Below are positions 1 through 9,618 of a DNA stretch of 64,000 nt, piece by piece. The translations under genes and the position numbers were made by a program. The stretch is from a virus (lineage: Duplodnaviria > Caudoviricetes). Below the pieces are notes generated by a model. It was not told the DNA's origin. It saw only the letters and a list, made by a program, of their open reading frames with translations, and did not search any database. The stretch is taken from the IMG/VR virus record IMGVR_UViG_3300021091_000011; one strand, 5' to 3'. Each line of letters starts with the position of its first letter. The first letter of the stretch is position 1.

Positions 1-2
1 TT

Positions 3-308
3 GCGTTGCCGAGAATCCGGAGCGTCAGGCGACAAAAGCGCGCCCGTCGCTCCGGTTCCCACGGCCAGCATATTCATACCATTCGTTCGAGAAGCCGGAT
101 CCCGCAGCAGGATTGCTGCGAGGATTCCGGCGTCGAGCGTAATGATGTTCATGCGGTGGTCTTGCCACACCACGCGATCTTTTTCGGTTACGGTGATAAA
201 GACCTCGCCCTTCGCCGAACAAATGCCAAGAGTGGCATTGTAGGCAGGGTGCATATCGAATCTCGATGCACCCGAAGCCGCTCGAAAGTGGTCATTCACG
301 ATGGGCAT
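3..308 (-). CDS. Probable virion structural (baseplate/tail-associated) protein, N-terminal part; runs off the left edge
   Basis: Translated by hand from ATG 308: MPIVNDHF...RMNIITLDAGILAAILLRD...MLAVGTGATG, open to the window edge. Absent from the ORF track because it has no stop. The NxIT...LAVGTG pattern resembles large-phage tail/baseplate proteins. Confidence 0.55.
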   Translation of the reverse strand, partial: MPIVNDHFRAASGASRFDMHPAYNATLGICSAKGEVFITVTEKDRVVWQDHRMNIITLDAGILAAILLRDPASRTNGMNMLAVGTGATGALLSPDAPDSRQR

Positions 309-331
309 GGGCTTATCCCCCGTATCCTACG

Positions 332-658
332 TCAAGCCTTCTTCTTAAACGCTACGAAGGAAGCCACGAGCGCAAAGACAAGGCAACCGACGATGATGTA
401 AGGTGTATTGCTTCCCGAAGCCTCTTCCACTACCGCCGCCGCTACCGAAGCAGGAGCCGAAGGCGCAACCGAAGGCGCGGCATCGGGAGCCGCCGAGGAA
501 GGAAGGCTCGCGTCGTGGGGGGCAGACGCAGGGGCAGCAGCGTCAACAGCAGCCGAAACCACAGCGGGTGCCGAAGCCACAGCAGCGGCGGGCTGAACAG
601 GCTCGTTGGCAAAAGCAACGAGCGGAAAAAGCAGAGAAACAAGAGCGAGCTTACGCAT
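332..658 (-). CDS. Small membrane-anchored protein (signal peptide, Ala/Pro linker, C-terminal TM helix)
   Basis: MRKLALVSLLFPLVAFA signal, Ala/Pro-rich spacer, hydrophobic YIIVGCLVFALVASFVAF followed by KKKA. Confidence 0.7.
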   Translation of the reverse strand: MRKLALVSLLFPLVAFANEPVQPAAAVASAPAVVSAAVDAAAPASAPHDASLPSSAAPDAAPSVAPSAPASVAAAVVEEASGSNTPYIIVGCLVFALVASFVAFKKKA

Positions 659-713
659 AAAAACAACCTCCGTTGTAAGCGCGTATGGCAGTCAATAGCC
701 CTACTAACGCTTA

Positions 714-1907
714 TCAACCACGTTTGGCGAGTTCCTTGTCGATTCCGTTGCGAACGGCATCGATCTCAATCGCCTTAATACGCGCGATCACGTCGGCATC
801 GCCCCCGAAGCGATCAACCGCCGTCTTTACGCGCACGCGCCAATGCGCGTTCATATCCCAATCAGATTCGTTAAACTCAGCAAACTCGACCACGTCAGCC
901 TGAGCCTCGACTAAATCTTCGGGCACGTTGGACTCTTCGGCCTTGAAGTCACTTACAGGCGTGTGAGTCACGGCGATTTTGAAGTCACTATTGCGGACCT
1001 CGCGGACAGGCTTGAGGTTATTGCTCAACGCCTCAATGTGATTCAGGATGCGGTCGAGTTTCGATTCGATCTTCTCTACGTTGATCGTGAGAAGATCGAG
1101 TTCTTTCTTCGACGCAAAATCTCGCGCAGGCTCCGGCACCAGATTAGCGTTCACGGGCAAGCCGAGAATCTTGGCCGAAGGCACCGAAGCCGTAACCGCA
1201 GACTTGACGATTACGCCGTCCTCTTGCCCGCCCGTGGCCGAAGAACCCGCAGCGAACTTGGCGCGGGCTTCGGACTCATCGCCACGCCCCTCGCCCGCAA
1301 CGCCCGGCGAAGGCTTGCCCGTCTCAGCCGCGTCGTCAAACAAGTCGACCAACTCGTTCGCAGCGACGGCGACCGGAATTTTCTCCATAGCGATACGCGA
1401 CTTGTTATCTAACTCGGTAACGACACGGCGGTCGTCCGTTCCGATTTCAATCGGACCCGACTTCGCGGGCGTCTTGAGTTTGGCGATCACCACGCCATCG
1501 CTCGCAGGTGGGTTCGTCTGCCCCGCGTTCTTGGCCTGATGCGTAGCAGGCGCTTCCGGCCCGCGTACTTTTTGTAAATCACCGACGTTCTGCTCATCCA
1601 CAGCGACGGTGACCTTGCTAGGGCGCATATCACGCTTCTCGCCCTTGTTCACCGCGTCACCAATCTGAATATCAGCAGGCTTGGGTGCATAAATAGACTT
1701 GGTATCCGTATCGGGCACCAACCAACCGACCTTGATCGCGCCACGCAACGCCGGAAACGGATGGTCTTGGCTACCACGACGAAGAACGGAACCGTCGAAA
1801 AGCACGACCTCGCCCGTTTCCAGATTCTCGCCAATCGAACCAAGGTGAACCTTGGTGAGTGCCTTGAAAGCCTGAAAGTCACCTTTATTAAACTGAGGCT
1901 CGGACAT
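714..1907 (-). CDS. Hypothetical protein
   Basis: 397-aa ORF from MSEPQF, packed against neighbouring minus-strand genes. Confidence 0.75.
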   Translation of the reverse strand: MSEPQFNKGDFQAFKALTKVHLGSIGENLETGEVVLFDGSVLRRGSQDHPFPALRGAIKVGWLVPDTDTKSIYAPKPADIQIGDAVNKGEKRDMRPSKVTVAVDEQNVGDLQKVRGPEAPATHQAKNAGQTNPPASDGVVIAKLKTPAKSGPIEIGTDDRRVVTELDNKSRIAMEKIPVAVAANELVDLFDDAAETGKPSPGVAGEGRGDESEARAKFAAGSSATGGQEDGVIVKSAVTASVPSAKILGLPVNANLVPEPARDFASKKELDLLTINVEKIESKLDRILNHIEALSNNLKPVREVRNSDFKIAVTHTPVSDFKAEESNVPEDLVEAQADVVEFAEFNESDWDMNAHWRVRVKTAVDRFGGDADVIARIKAIEIDAVRNGIDKELAKRG

Positions 1908-1934
1908 ACGAAGCAATCCCCTTACGAAAAGTTG

Positions 1935-2366
1935 TTAGCCGCTGACGCCGAAGCGGGCGTCTGTGATCAACACCATATCAGTCTCGGTCACGGCGATACC
2001 GACCTGAATAAACGTACTCGGCGTGCTCAAACTCGGCGGCGTTTGCGTTACTTCACCTGGCGTGGTAGATAAATACACGCGGCCATTAGGAACCAACGAG
2101 ATGCCACCTTGAACAATCGGCTTCACGTTGCTGCCCCGTGAAGCCACTACTGCGAGTGTAGACCCTGCGCCCGCAACACCTATGCAAGAGAATCCGAAGA
2201 ACTGCCCGCCCAAAAAAGTAGAGCCGCACTCTACGATAGTGGGCTTAGTACCGTCATTCGTTAGGGCTACTGCCGCACGAGAGCGAATAGGCGCACCCGA
2301 TACCGAACCCGGAACAGTAATCGTCCCCTGCGTACCCGTATACGCAGGGGCGTATCCGATAGGCAT
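1935..2366 (-). CDS. Decoration/cement-like (DUF2190-like) small structural protein
   Basis: GRVYLSTTPGEVTQTPP...IQVGIA motif, which matches the C-terminal domain of 3680..6352. Confidence 0.5.
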   Translation of the reverse strand: MPIGYAPAYTGTQGTITVPGSVSGAPIRSRAAVALTNDGTKPTIVECGSTFLGGQFFGFSCIGVAGAGSTLAVVASRGSNVKPIVQGGISLVPNGRVYLSTTPGEVTQTPPSLSTPSTFIQVGIAVTETDMVLITDARFGVSG

Positions 2367-2618
2367 TTAGTTCGTCTCCGTAATAATCAGGCCGGAAGCC
2401 CGCAAGTCTGACGTGATTCGATCACGAATCACTTGCAGTAACTCTAATGGAACACGAATGCGGGACACGACACGCGCTCGGTTGTCGCGTCCCGAATAAA
2501 CGCAAAAATCGAGCAAGACCTCAGACCCCCCACCGTCGTCTAATACCCGAAATGAATTCGCGTACTCCCCGAAGCAGGCGTCTTGCTCCACATGGCAATC
2601 TACGTTCTTCGTGCCCAT
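2367..2618 (-). CDS. Hypothetical protein (DUF3467-like)
   Basis: EYANSFRV...VLLDF...RVVSRIRVP pattern; start refined to ATG 2618. Confidence 0.45.
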   Translation of the reverse strand: MGTKNVDCHVEQDACFGEYANSFRVLDDGGGSEVLLDFCVYSGRDNRARVVSRIRVPLELLQVIRDRITSDLRASGLIITETN

Positions 2619-2626
2619 AGGAGGGC

Positions 2627-2953
2627 TCAACCTTCTAACTTCTGCGCCGCCGTGTCGATGAAGTAACAAAATGCGCTAGAAGCAAAAGAGAAAATCACGG
2701 CCTCGCTCAAAAGCGCGTGCCAATCACCATTGCACGCTGCCAGAATCTTAGCGTTGGCGATCAGCCACACAATCCAGCCCGTGTGAAAACCCGTGCAATA
2801 GGGGCAACGCAGTAGCCGCTGGAAAAACGTATGTCCCTCTTCATTCTTGAAGAGCGGCAACCTGCGAAGTGCATTGGTCAAGAATTCGACCTTGTCGTTC
2901 ATTAGGCCGAAGCAAATGCCGTAGGCGGCGAGCAACATGAGTACGGTGGTCAT
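2627..2953 (-). CDS. Membrane protein with CxxC (DUF1360-like)
   Basis: Hydrophobic segments plus LLRCPYCTGFHTGW. Confidence 0.55.
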   Translation of the reverse strand: MTTVLMLLAAYGICFGLMNDKVEFLTNALRRLPLFKNEEGHTFFQRLLRCPYCTGFHTGWIVWLIANAKILAACNGDWHALLSEAVIFSFASSAFCYFIDTAAQKLEG

Positions 2954-3576
2954 TCCTTGTTCTCCTTGGACTTACGAACCCCGCGTTCTTTCTTGGGCTC
3001 GGATGAAGCATCACCAGACTTACCACCAGACTTGCCAAATGCCTTTTCAATCGCCCGCGACAAGAATGCGCTCTTGGGCTTTTCTTCAGGGGCTTTCGCA
3101 GGTTCAGAAGGCTTAGGCGCAACAGGTTTGGGTTTGCTCGCCAGAGACGAAGGCTCGCTCGATTTCGCCAACGGAGCCTTTGCCATGAAGTCGGCCAGAT
3201 TCTCTTTGACCTTTTCTATATCGGGCAGATTCTCTACGCGCCTGCCTGAACCGAACTTCTCTTTGCGGCCCGAGTCTGAATCTTCGTCGTTCATGGGCAA
3301 GATTCGGCAACACGAGGTCTTAGCCGTCTGTTGGAAAATCTCGACCGTATCCGGCACCGCGTCCGCGTTGCAATCGAAGCCCAAGTCCAACTGATACTGT
3401 TGATTCAAGGCTTGAACGATCAGATTACGCTCGGTGACGAGTTCGGCTTCAACGCCCGAGTTTGTCGCATAAAGCAACTCGACGTGAATGAGACGCAAAA
3501 CCGCCTCACCCAAGCCCATGTAAACACGACGTTGTTCGCCAAGCACTTTGCCGGGAATATTAAAATCAGAAGCCAT
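2950..3576 (-). CDS. Hypothetical protein
   Basis: 208-aa ORF overlapping the downstream start by 4 nt; Lys/Pro-rich tail. Confidence 0.7.
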   Translation of the reverse strand: MASDFNIPGKVLGEQRRVYMGLGEAVLRLIHVELLYATNSGVEAELVTERNLIVQALNQQYQLDLGFDCNADAVPDTVEIFQQTAKTSCCRILPMNDEDSDSGRKEKFGSGRRVENLPDIEKVKENLADFMAKAPLAKSSEPSSLASKPKPVAPKPSEPAKAPEEKPKSAFLSRAIEKAFGKSGGKSGDASSEPKKERGVRKSKENKE

Positions 3577-3601
3577 GCGTTATCTTACCCCATAAATAGA
3601 A

Positions 3602-3638
3602 AAGGCCGGATAGAGATTTTGAATCTCTATCCGGCCTT
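3602..3638 (-). terminator. Intrinsic terminator after the fibre gene
   Basis: 17-bp perfect inverted repeat AAGGCCGGATAGAGATT/AATCTCTATCCGGCCTT, followed by TTTCT on the minus strand. Confidence 0.7.
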
Positions 3639-3679
3639 CTCTGAGACGCTAAAGCGACTCTAGTGAGTCGCTTTCAATG

Positions 3680-6352
3680 TCACGGACGCTTGGCGATGAA
3701 CTGCGGCGCGAAGAGCACCGAGTAAAGGCCGTTGACCGCGCTGCCCGACGCGAGGTAGCCAACACGGTAAACCGTGGTGCCCGACGCGGTGGGGGCCGTC
3801 AGCGTGACCTGACCCGCCGTGCCGAGGTACACGGCCTGACCGATGTTCGCGGCGGCAGGGCCGGACGCGAAGTCCATCGGCACCAGCGTACCGGGAACGG
3901 AGGCCGCGAGGACGCTATCGCCGTTATTGCCCGCGATCTGCACGACCGCCGCGATGACGCGCTTGTCGTCGGAAGCGTCATTATTCGCCGCCTTGAAGAA
4001 CTTGGGCGAACCCGAGGAGTTCTGGAAGCAGCCGACAAGACCCGCCGAGATCGTCTCGCCGAGCGTGACCTGAATGCCAGCGTAGGAGCCGAACAGGACC
4101 GGAGTGTTCGAGAACCTCGCAGTATCAGCGGTGAAGGTGATCAGGTCAGCAGAGGTGATGGAGATATCGCCGGACGTCGCCGTACTGAGCGTCAGGTTGC
4201 CGCTCGTAACGGTGAAGTTCGAGTCGTCGGCAGCATCGAGGCTGATGAAGCCATTGCCCGCATCAACCGTGATGTTATCGGTCGCATCGAGGTCGAGGTG
4301 CTGGCCAGCTTCGAGGTAGACGTTGTTCGTGCCCGTCGAAATGATGCCGAACGCGCCACCCGTCGCCGTGATCGTACCACCCGTGTTGGCGACGAAGAAC
4401 CCAAGGCTGTCGATGTTGACGTCACCCGAAAGGTCCGCGTCAAGATCAACACCGTTCAGGTCGAGCTTCGCAGCCGACGTGAGGATGATGTCGCCGGAGG
4501 TGGTGGTCTGAACCGTGAGGTTCGCGCCCGCGACGGATACGTCCGAGGCCGCACCCGCCGCGAGGCTGATGAAGCCCGTCGCGTCGAGTTCGAAGTTGCC
4601 CGTCACGTCAACGTCGGCGTTCGCGCCAGCGTCGATGTTCAGGAGGCCCGCCGAGGCCAGCGCGAGTTCACCGGAGGTGACCGTGCTGATCGTCAGGGTG
4701 TTGCTCGCAACCGTGAAGTTCGACGCCGCCGTACCGTCAAGGCTGATGCTCGCGCCGTCAACCGTGACGTCACCCGCCGAGTTCACATCGACGTTGCCGG
4801 AACCCGTGGTCTCAAGCGCAAGGTTCGCGCCAGCAACGGAGAAGTTCGACGCCGCAGCAGCATCAAGGCTGATGCCGCTCGTGGCATCGACCGTGACCGC
4901 AACCGCATCGGCGTCGATGTTGCCCGCCGAACTGAGGATGAGGTTGCCCGAGGTGATCGTGCTGACCGTGAGGTCGCCCGAGGTCGCGGACAGGTTGGAC
5001 GCGCCAGAGCCGTCGATGCTGAACGAGCTGGACGAGAAGAAGTCCATCGTGCCCGTCACGTCAACGTCGAGGTTCGCAGCCGCGTTCACGTCAATGAGGC
5101 CAGCGGAGGTGAGGTCGAGTTCACCGGAGGTGATCGTGCTGATCACGAGGTCCGCAGCCGTGACGGAGAAGTTCGACGCCGCAGCCGCGTCGAGGCTGAT
5201 GCCGCTCGTGGCATCGACCGTGACCGCAACCGCGTCCGCGTCGATGTTACCCGCCGAGCCGAGCACGAGGTTGCCGGAGGTAGTGGTGGCAAGCGTAAGG
5301 CTCGCACCCGCGACGGAGAAGTTCGACGCCGCAGCCGCGTCGAGGCTGATAGCACCCGTGGCGTCAACCGTGACCGCAACCGCGTCCGCGTCGATGTTGC
5401 CCGCCGAACTGAGGATGAGGTTGCCCGAAGTGATCGTGCTGACCGTGAGGTCCGCACTCGTGGTGCTGACGTTAGACGCCGAAGAACCGTCGATGCTGAA
5501 ACCGACCACATTGCCATCAGCGGGCTCAACGTTGAACGCACCGATAGCCTCTGTCATATCAATCGCGGGACCGACGTTGTACGCTTCCTGAAGGGAGACG
5601 TTCTGCGCCGACTCGTAGTAGAGCTTGGTACGGCCAGCGGGAGCCGCGCCAGCGCCAACCCACGCGCTCGCCGCGTAAGCCGTGGCGAACGTACCGACCG
5701 AAAGAGCGGTGTCACCAATCGCCGTGATCGCACCGTCGGAGATAGCGAACACGCCGAGGTTCACGCGCTTACAGACACCAGAAGATGCCGCACCCGCGTC
5801 AAACTGATTCTGAGCGAAGGGCGCGTTCGTGGGCATCGCGGAAGAAAGACCCGCGACCTTGACCTGCGTGCGACCCGCATTGTTAGAGCCGTCAGCGTTC
5901 TTGCCGTTATTGACTTCGCTGACAACAAAGAGACCGTTGTTGCCCGGAAAATCGGTGCAACCGCTGATCTCGATTACGTCGCCAGCGGAGTACGTCGTAG
6001 CACCAGTCGGGATGGAAAGCGCGAAGGCCGCGTCAGCCGAACCGCTATTGCCCGCCGCGAAAGCGAGGATGCTCGTAGAAGCCGTCGCCGCGAGGACGTT
6101 AACGGCGATACCGCCAGCCTTCGCCGTGCCGTTGGTTTGGCCGTTGTTGAGGTCGATGAACGAATCGCCAATAACGACGTTCTGCGAACCCGCCGAGATG
6201 ATGTCGCCAGTTACGCTAAGATTACCGCCGACAGAAAGATCGCTGCCGAGAGCAACCTTTACGCTGACCGACAGCGAATCGCTGCTGGTGTCGATGGTAC
6301 GGGAAAGCCCGTTTTCATCGAGCAGCAGCAGGTTATTTGCCTGAACCGCCAT
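3680..6352 (-). CDS. Long beta-repeat fibre/appendage structural protein
   Basis: 890 aa rich in S/T/A/G/D; 42-59-aa repeats such as TITSGNLILSSAGNIDADAVAVTVDATSGISLDAAAASNF; C-terminal VYLGTAGQVTLTAP domain. Confidence 0.7.
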   Translation of the reverse strand: MAVQANNLLLLDENGLSRTIDTSSDSLSVSVKVALGSDLSVGGNLSVTGDIISAGSQNVVIGDSFIDLNNGQTNGTAKAGGIAVNVLAATASTSILAFAAGNSGSADAAFALSIPTGATTYSAGDVIEISGCTDFPGNNGLFVVSEVNNGKNADGSNNAGRTQVKVAGLSSAMPTNAPFAQNQFDAGAASSGVCKRVNLGVFAISDGAITAIGDTALSVGTFATAYAASAWVGAGAAPAGRTKLYYESAQNVSLQEAYNVGPAIDMTEAIGAFNVEPADGNVVGFSIDGSSASNVSTTSADLTVSTITSGNLILSSAGNIDADAVAVTVDATGAISLDAAAASNFSVAGASLTLATTTSGNLVLGSAGNIDADAVAVTVDATSGISLDAAAASNFSVTAADLVISTITSGELDLTSAGLIDVNAAANLDVDVTGTMDFFSSSSFSIDGSGASNLSATSGDLTVSTITSGNLILSSAGNIDADAVAVTVDATSGISLDAAAASNFSVAGANLALETTGSGNVDVNSAGDVTVDGASISLDGTAASNFTVASNTLTISTVTSGELALASAGLLNIDAGANADVDVTGNFELDATGFISLAAGAASDVSVAGANLTVQTTTSGDIILTSAAKLDLNGVDLDADLSGDVNIDSLGFFVANTGGTITATGGAFGIISTGTNNVYLEAGQHLDLDATDNITVDAGNGFISLDAADDSNFTVTSGNLTLSTATSGDISITSADLITFTADTARFSNTPVLFGSYAGIQVTLGETISAGLVGCFQNSSGSPKFFKAANNDASDDKRVIAAVVQIAGNNGDSVLAASVPGTLVPMDFASGPAAANIGQAVYLGTAGQVTLTAPTASGTTVYRVGYLASGSAVNGLYSVLFAPQFIAKRP

Positions 6353-6548
6353 GTTTGAACTCCATGTGCTAAGTCACAAGTCGGCTGACGCAGAGACATT
6401 CGGCGTGCAGCACCCCTCGTAGTAATCTGTGTATTATTGTAGGGTAGTATTGACCAACCTGCACAAGTCAGACGAGACGAGCAGGCAACACCTCACTCGC
6501 TATCTAATAAGCGGGTATAGGTATTCTAACGACGATGGAGAACAAAAT

Positions 6549-6710
6549 ATGGCGTTCGTCAAAACGGGGATTGCAGTTAGCCGACCCAAACCCATCGAAG
6601 TAGACGTTGCTATCGGTGAAGAACGCGACGGCAAGGTTTGGGATGGCGTGAAATGGGTGACTAAGGCCGAGTGGGAAGCCAAGCAAGCCGGAAAGTCCGA
6701 CAATGGCTAA
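6549..6710 (+). CDS. Small hypothetical protein
   Basis: GGAG RBS before ATG 6549; MAFVKTG...WDGVKWV; overlaps the next start. Confidence 0.6.
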   Translation: MAFVKTGIAVSRPKPIEVDVAIGEERDGKVWDGVKWVTKAEWEAKQAGKSDNG

Positions 6711-7074
6711 TACGTTCGCGGGCGGTGATTTCACTTTCACCGCTTCTTTTCTGACCGCAGACGGCCAGCCCATCGTTCCGGTCGCGTTACCGATCATTCA
6801 TTGTTTCTACTTCGACGCGAGCGGCAACAAAATCACGTTTATCGCTCCGACGAACATGGTCCCAATCATCGGGTCGCCAGGCCGTTATTCATACAAGGCC
6901 GCGATACCAGATAACCTCACCGTGAACACCGAGGTCTATGCCGATATGTCGGCCATAGACCCCGCCACGGGAGCCCGAATCGTGATCGAACAACCGACCA
7001 CGGTGATTTCTAACGCGAGCGGGGGCGTCGATGCCATTCGCGTCTCTTTCGTAAAGCCGCCAGGATTCTTATGA
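6703..7074 (+). CDS. Hypothetical Ig-like/structural protein
   Basis: 123-aa beta-rich ORF, coupled to its neighbours. Confidence 0.55.
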   Translation: MANTFAGGDFTFTASFLTADGQPIVPVALPIIHCFYFDASGNKITFIAPTNMVPIIGSPGRYSYKAAIPDNLTVNTEVYADMSAIDPATGARIVIEQPTTVISNASGGVDAIRVSFVKPPGFL

Positions 7075-7487
7075 GCGAACAGAGTTATCTCGAAGACCGC
7101 CTCAACAAAATGCGTGAGGCTCAAGGCCAGATTCCCGATACTTTCAAGAAGTATCAAGAATTGGGCGAACGCGAAATCCAAGCCCTGATCTCCAAGGCCG
7201 GAATCGCGGACCAGATCGAAACGATCAAGGCCAAAGTCGAAGATCACCGCAAGCGGCTTCAGAAAGAATCAGACGTAATCGCGGGCCGCATTGCCGAAGT
7301 GCAGGCGATTTTGGAGAAGTTTCACTATGCGCCGATCCCCGAAGGCGTGACGCACATGCACGGCTTAGAACTCGCGCCGCTTGATTGGCAGACGAGATTG
7401 CTCGTCATGCAAGGCAACGAGGATACGATCACGGCGTTGGGCGGGACGCTCGAAAAGCCGAAAACCACTCGGCGCAAGCGTGCTTAA
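7071..7487 (+). CDS. Hypothetical coiled-coil protein
   Basis: 138 aa; ATGA overlap with the upstream gene. Confidence 0.65.
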   Translation: MSEQSYLEDRLNKMREAQGQIPDTFKKYQELGEREIQALISKAGIADQIETIKAKVEDHRKRLQKESDVIAGRIAEVQAILEKFHYAPIPEGVTHMHGLELAPLDWQTRLLVMQGNEDTITALGGTLEKPKTTRRKRA

Positions 7488-7711
7488 TCCTCGCGCGCAA
7501 ACTCGATGGTCACGAACCTATGCCCACACTCTAAGCATTTGCGCTTACGATAGACCGAGCAAATGCCCCATTCTTCGACGAGTTCTTGCATCTTAGCGAA
7601 AGACATAAAGCGACCTTTAATAAGGTGACCTTTCTCCGTGCTCAACACGAATGTTTCGGCCTTATTGCACTTCGAGCAAATCATCGTGACCCTATCAGGC
7701 AAATCCGACAC
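7484..7711 (-). CDS. Zinc-ribbon protein (NrdR N-terminal-like)
   Basis: CSKC and RKRKCLECGHRFVTIE, resembling the NrdR zinc ribbon RRRECxxCGxRFTTxE. Confidence 0.55.
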   Translation of the reverse strand: MSDLPDRVTMICSKCNKAETFVLSTEKGHLIKGRFMSFAKMQELVEEWGICSVYRKRKCLECGHRFVTIEFARED

Positions 7712-7730
7712 ACGATACCCTGCGAGCAGC

Positions 7731-8084
7731 GTGTATTGGATCTACGTCATAGAATCGTTAGTGCCTCGTTACGCGAATAACGGACGTAGATTGCGTGGGT
7801 TTTTCTACGTCGGCATGACGACGCACCCCAACCGCAGATTACGCCAGCACAACGGCGAAATCTTGGGCGGGGGTCGTTATACTGCGAAGCATCGACCGTG
7901 GGTGCTCCGCACCGTGTACGGACCTTATTCTTCTAGGTCCGAAGCACTCAAAGCCGAGTACGCACTCAAGCATAGTAAGCGAGGCGAGGCCCGACTGAGT
8001 TGGACGCCTAATGATTCGGTTTGGTGCCGAACAGCGTATCAAATTGCGGAAGGGGAGGGATTCGAACCCTCGGTGAGGGATTAG
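7731..8084 (+). CDS. SLX1-like GIY-YIG endonuclease
   Basis: WIYVIES...FYVGMTTHPNRRLRQHNGEILGGGRYTAKHRPW...EALKAEYALK; GTG start at 7731. Confidence 0.85.
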   Translation: MYWIYVIESLVPRYANNGRRLRGFFYVGMTTHPNRRLRQHNGEILGGGRYTAKHRPWVLRTVYGPYSSRSEALKAEYALKHSKRGEARLSWTPNDSVWCRTAYQIAEGEGFEPSVRD

Positions 8085-8134
8085 CCCACACACGATTTCC
8101 AATCGTGCGCCTTAAACCACTCGGCCACCCTTCC
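8047..8134 (-). tRNA. tRNA-Ser(GGA)
   Basis: Full cloverleaf, anticodon arm CACGA-TTGGAAA-TCGTG, long variable arm, GGTTCGAATCC; no encoded CCA. Confidence 0.93.
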
Positions 8135-8169
8135 GTATCATGCACTCTGATTTCAGAGTGCGCTCAAAA

Positions 8170-9024
8170 TCAACGCTTTACGAGCGATAACAGGGTTCTG
8201 CGCTCATTAGAACCGACAGGCATCGTAGACGCCAGCCGAATCAGAGAACTTCTCTGCGAAGAGGTCACTCTAAAAGAAGCCTGCTTGTACGGCGCAGTCC
8301 AGTCAACTGAACCGCTGCTAAGTGCCTTCACCGCAGGCTCTACGTGGCCCTTATCAGGGTCGATCACAGGCATTTCTTTGCGGTCAGGAGCCCAACTCGG
8401 CACATTGCGTTTCATTCCCTTGACGTTGTTTGCCATTATGATGATTCCGGTTTCAACTGAACCGAAGTTTTTTTCGAGAATTGCCTTGACGTCATCCGCA
8501 GAGATCGGAAACTCACCCGGAACGCCGTTGTTGGCATACCCTTCAAGCATATCCGCGACGTTCTTGGGCGTGAACTTCGAGATTGAACCCTCGCCTTTCT
8601 TGCCGTTTCTCACGTTGAACTTACCTACGGTGAGGATGTTCAATACGCGAAGAAGGTCTTTACCCGGAAGAGCCGCCTTGTAGCCTTCAACCTTGGCCGA
8701 ATTGCCGCCTGCGATGATCGCAGCCGCCCAACGATGATGACCATCCATGATGAAGTTGTCAGCAGAGATCAGCGCGTTCAAATCGCCGCCGATCTTGCCC
8801 TTAGCGAGCATACCCAAAGCCATGCCGACAGCCTTCCCTAAGACCATCGTGGTCTGGGATGGCTTCAGCGCAGCAGCAACGGAGCTAACCTTGCTTACTG
8901 AGATTTTATCCGAACTGCCGTCGCCGGACTCGCACATCAAGTGAGCGATAGACGGGTCTACTCCTGAGAGCGTTCCGGCTTCCTCAAACTGCTTCTCGAA
9001 AACACCATCTGCCTTACGCCGCAT
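8170..9024 (-). CDS. ParB/sulfiredoxin-like nuclease-domain protein with C-terminal LIRLASTMP module
   Basis: LISADNFIMDGHHRWAA ParB/Srx signature; ends in KQASFRVTSSQRSSLIRLASTMPVGSNERRTLL. Confidence 0.7.
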   Translation of the reverse strand: MRRKADGVFEKQFEEAGTLSGVDPSIAHLMCESGDGSSDKISVSKVSSVAAALKPSQTTMVLGKAVGMALGMLAKGKIGGDLNALISADNFIMDGHHRWAAAIIAGGNSAKVEGYKAALPGKDLLRVLNILTVGKFNVRNGKKGEGSISKFTPKNVADMLEGYANNGVPGEFPISADDVKAILEKNFGSVETGIIIMANNVKGMKRNVPSWAPDRKEMPVIDPDKGHVEPAVKALSSGSVDWTAPYKQASFRVTSSQRSSLIRLASTMPVGSNERRTLLSLVKR

Positions 9025-9287
9025 AATCTACCTCTTCTAGTTAGAGCATCTCGTAACGGCTGATAGATAAATGTGATAACGGCGATTTCACACCAAAGAT
9101 TTCTTGATCTTACCTTCCAAAAACCCCTATGCCTTTTTTACAACCCTCACGGGCAAAAGGCTTACGCCGAAGGGGAAGACCGACGCCACCTGAAACTGCG
9201 TCGTGTGAACACGCAAGACCCGACAGACGCAGTTACTACCTGCCGATCAGGACGGAGGTTGGATTTCCGGGAGGAGGCAGTCGGGCC

Positions 9288-9446
9288 TCATTCTGAGGTT
9301 TCATCAATCGGCTCTTGCTCGTTCTTCTTGGAATCGGAAGAACCGCAGGAAGGGCAGACTCGCGCCTGCTTACCTGATTTTTTGATGATCGTGCGGTATT
9401 TAGTCCCACACGCAGAACAAGTGACTGACACTACGGCTTTACCCAT
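9288..9446 (-). CDS. Small zinc-ribbon protein
   Basis: MGKAVVSVTCSACG...VCPSCGS; start refined to ATG 9446. Confidence 0.65.
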   Translation of the reverse strand: MGKAVVSVTCSACGTKYRTIIKKSGKQARVCPSCGSSDSKKNEQEPIDETSE

Positions 9447-9473
9447 ATCGTAACATACCAAACAAAATGAAAA

Positions 9474-9537
9474 TAGTCCTTGTCGGACTTGAACCAGCAC
9501 TTCCTCGCGGGAATCTGCCTGTTTCGCCAAGAGGCCA
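9474..9537 (-). pseudogene. Degenerate tRNA-like remnant lacking an anticodon arm
   Basis: D-arm-like GGCGAAACAGGCAGA and T-loop GGTTCAAGTCC are present; acceptor stem is imperfect; no anticodon stem-loop. Confidence 0.35.
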
Positions 9538-9540
9538 TCG

Positions 9541-9612
9541 TGGGTCGTTTGGGATTCGAACCCAAAACCAGCGGATTAAAAGTCCGATGCGCTACCGTTG
9601 CGCCAACGACCC
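9541..9612 (-). tRNA. tRNA-Lys(TTT)
   Basis: GGGTCGT acceptor, TCGGA-CTTTTAA-TCCGC, GGTTCGAATCC. Confidence 0.9.
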
Positions 9613-9618
9613 TAAACA

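Noticed and set aside
3677-6358. 893-aa plus-strand ORF (and 4515..5591)
   Set aside because: Antisense shadow of the repetitive fibre gene.
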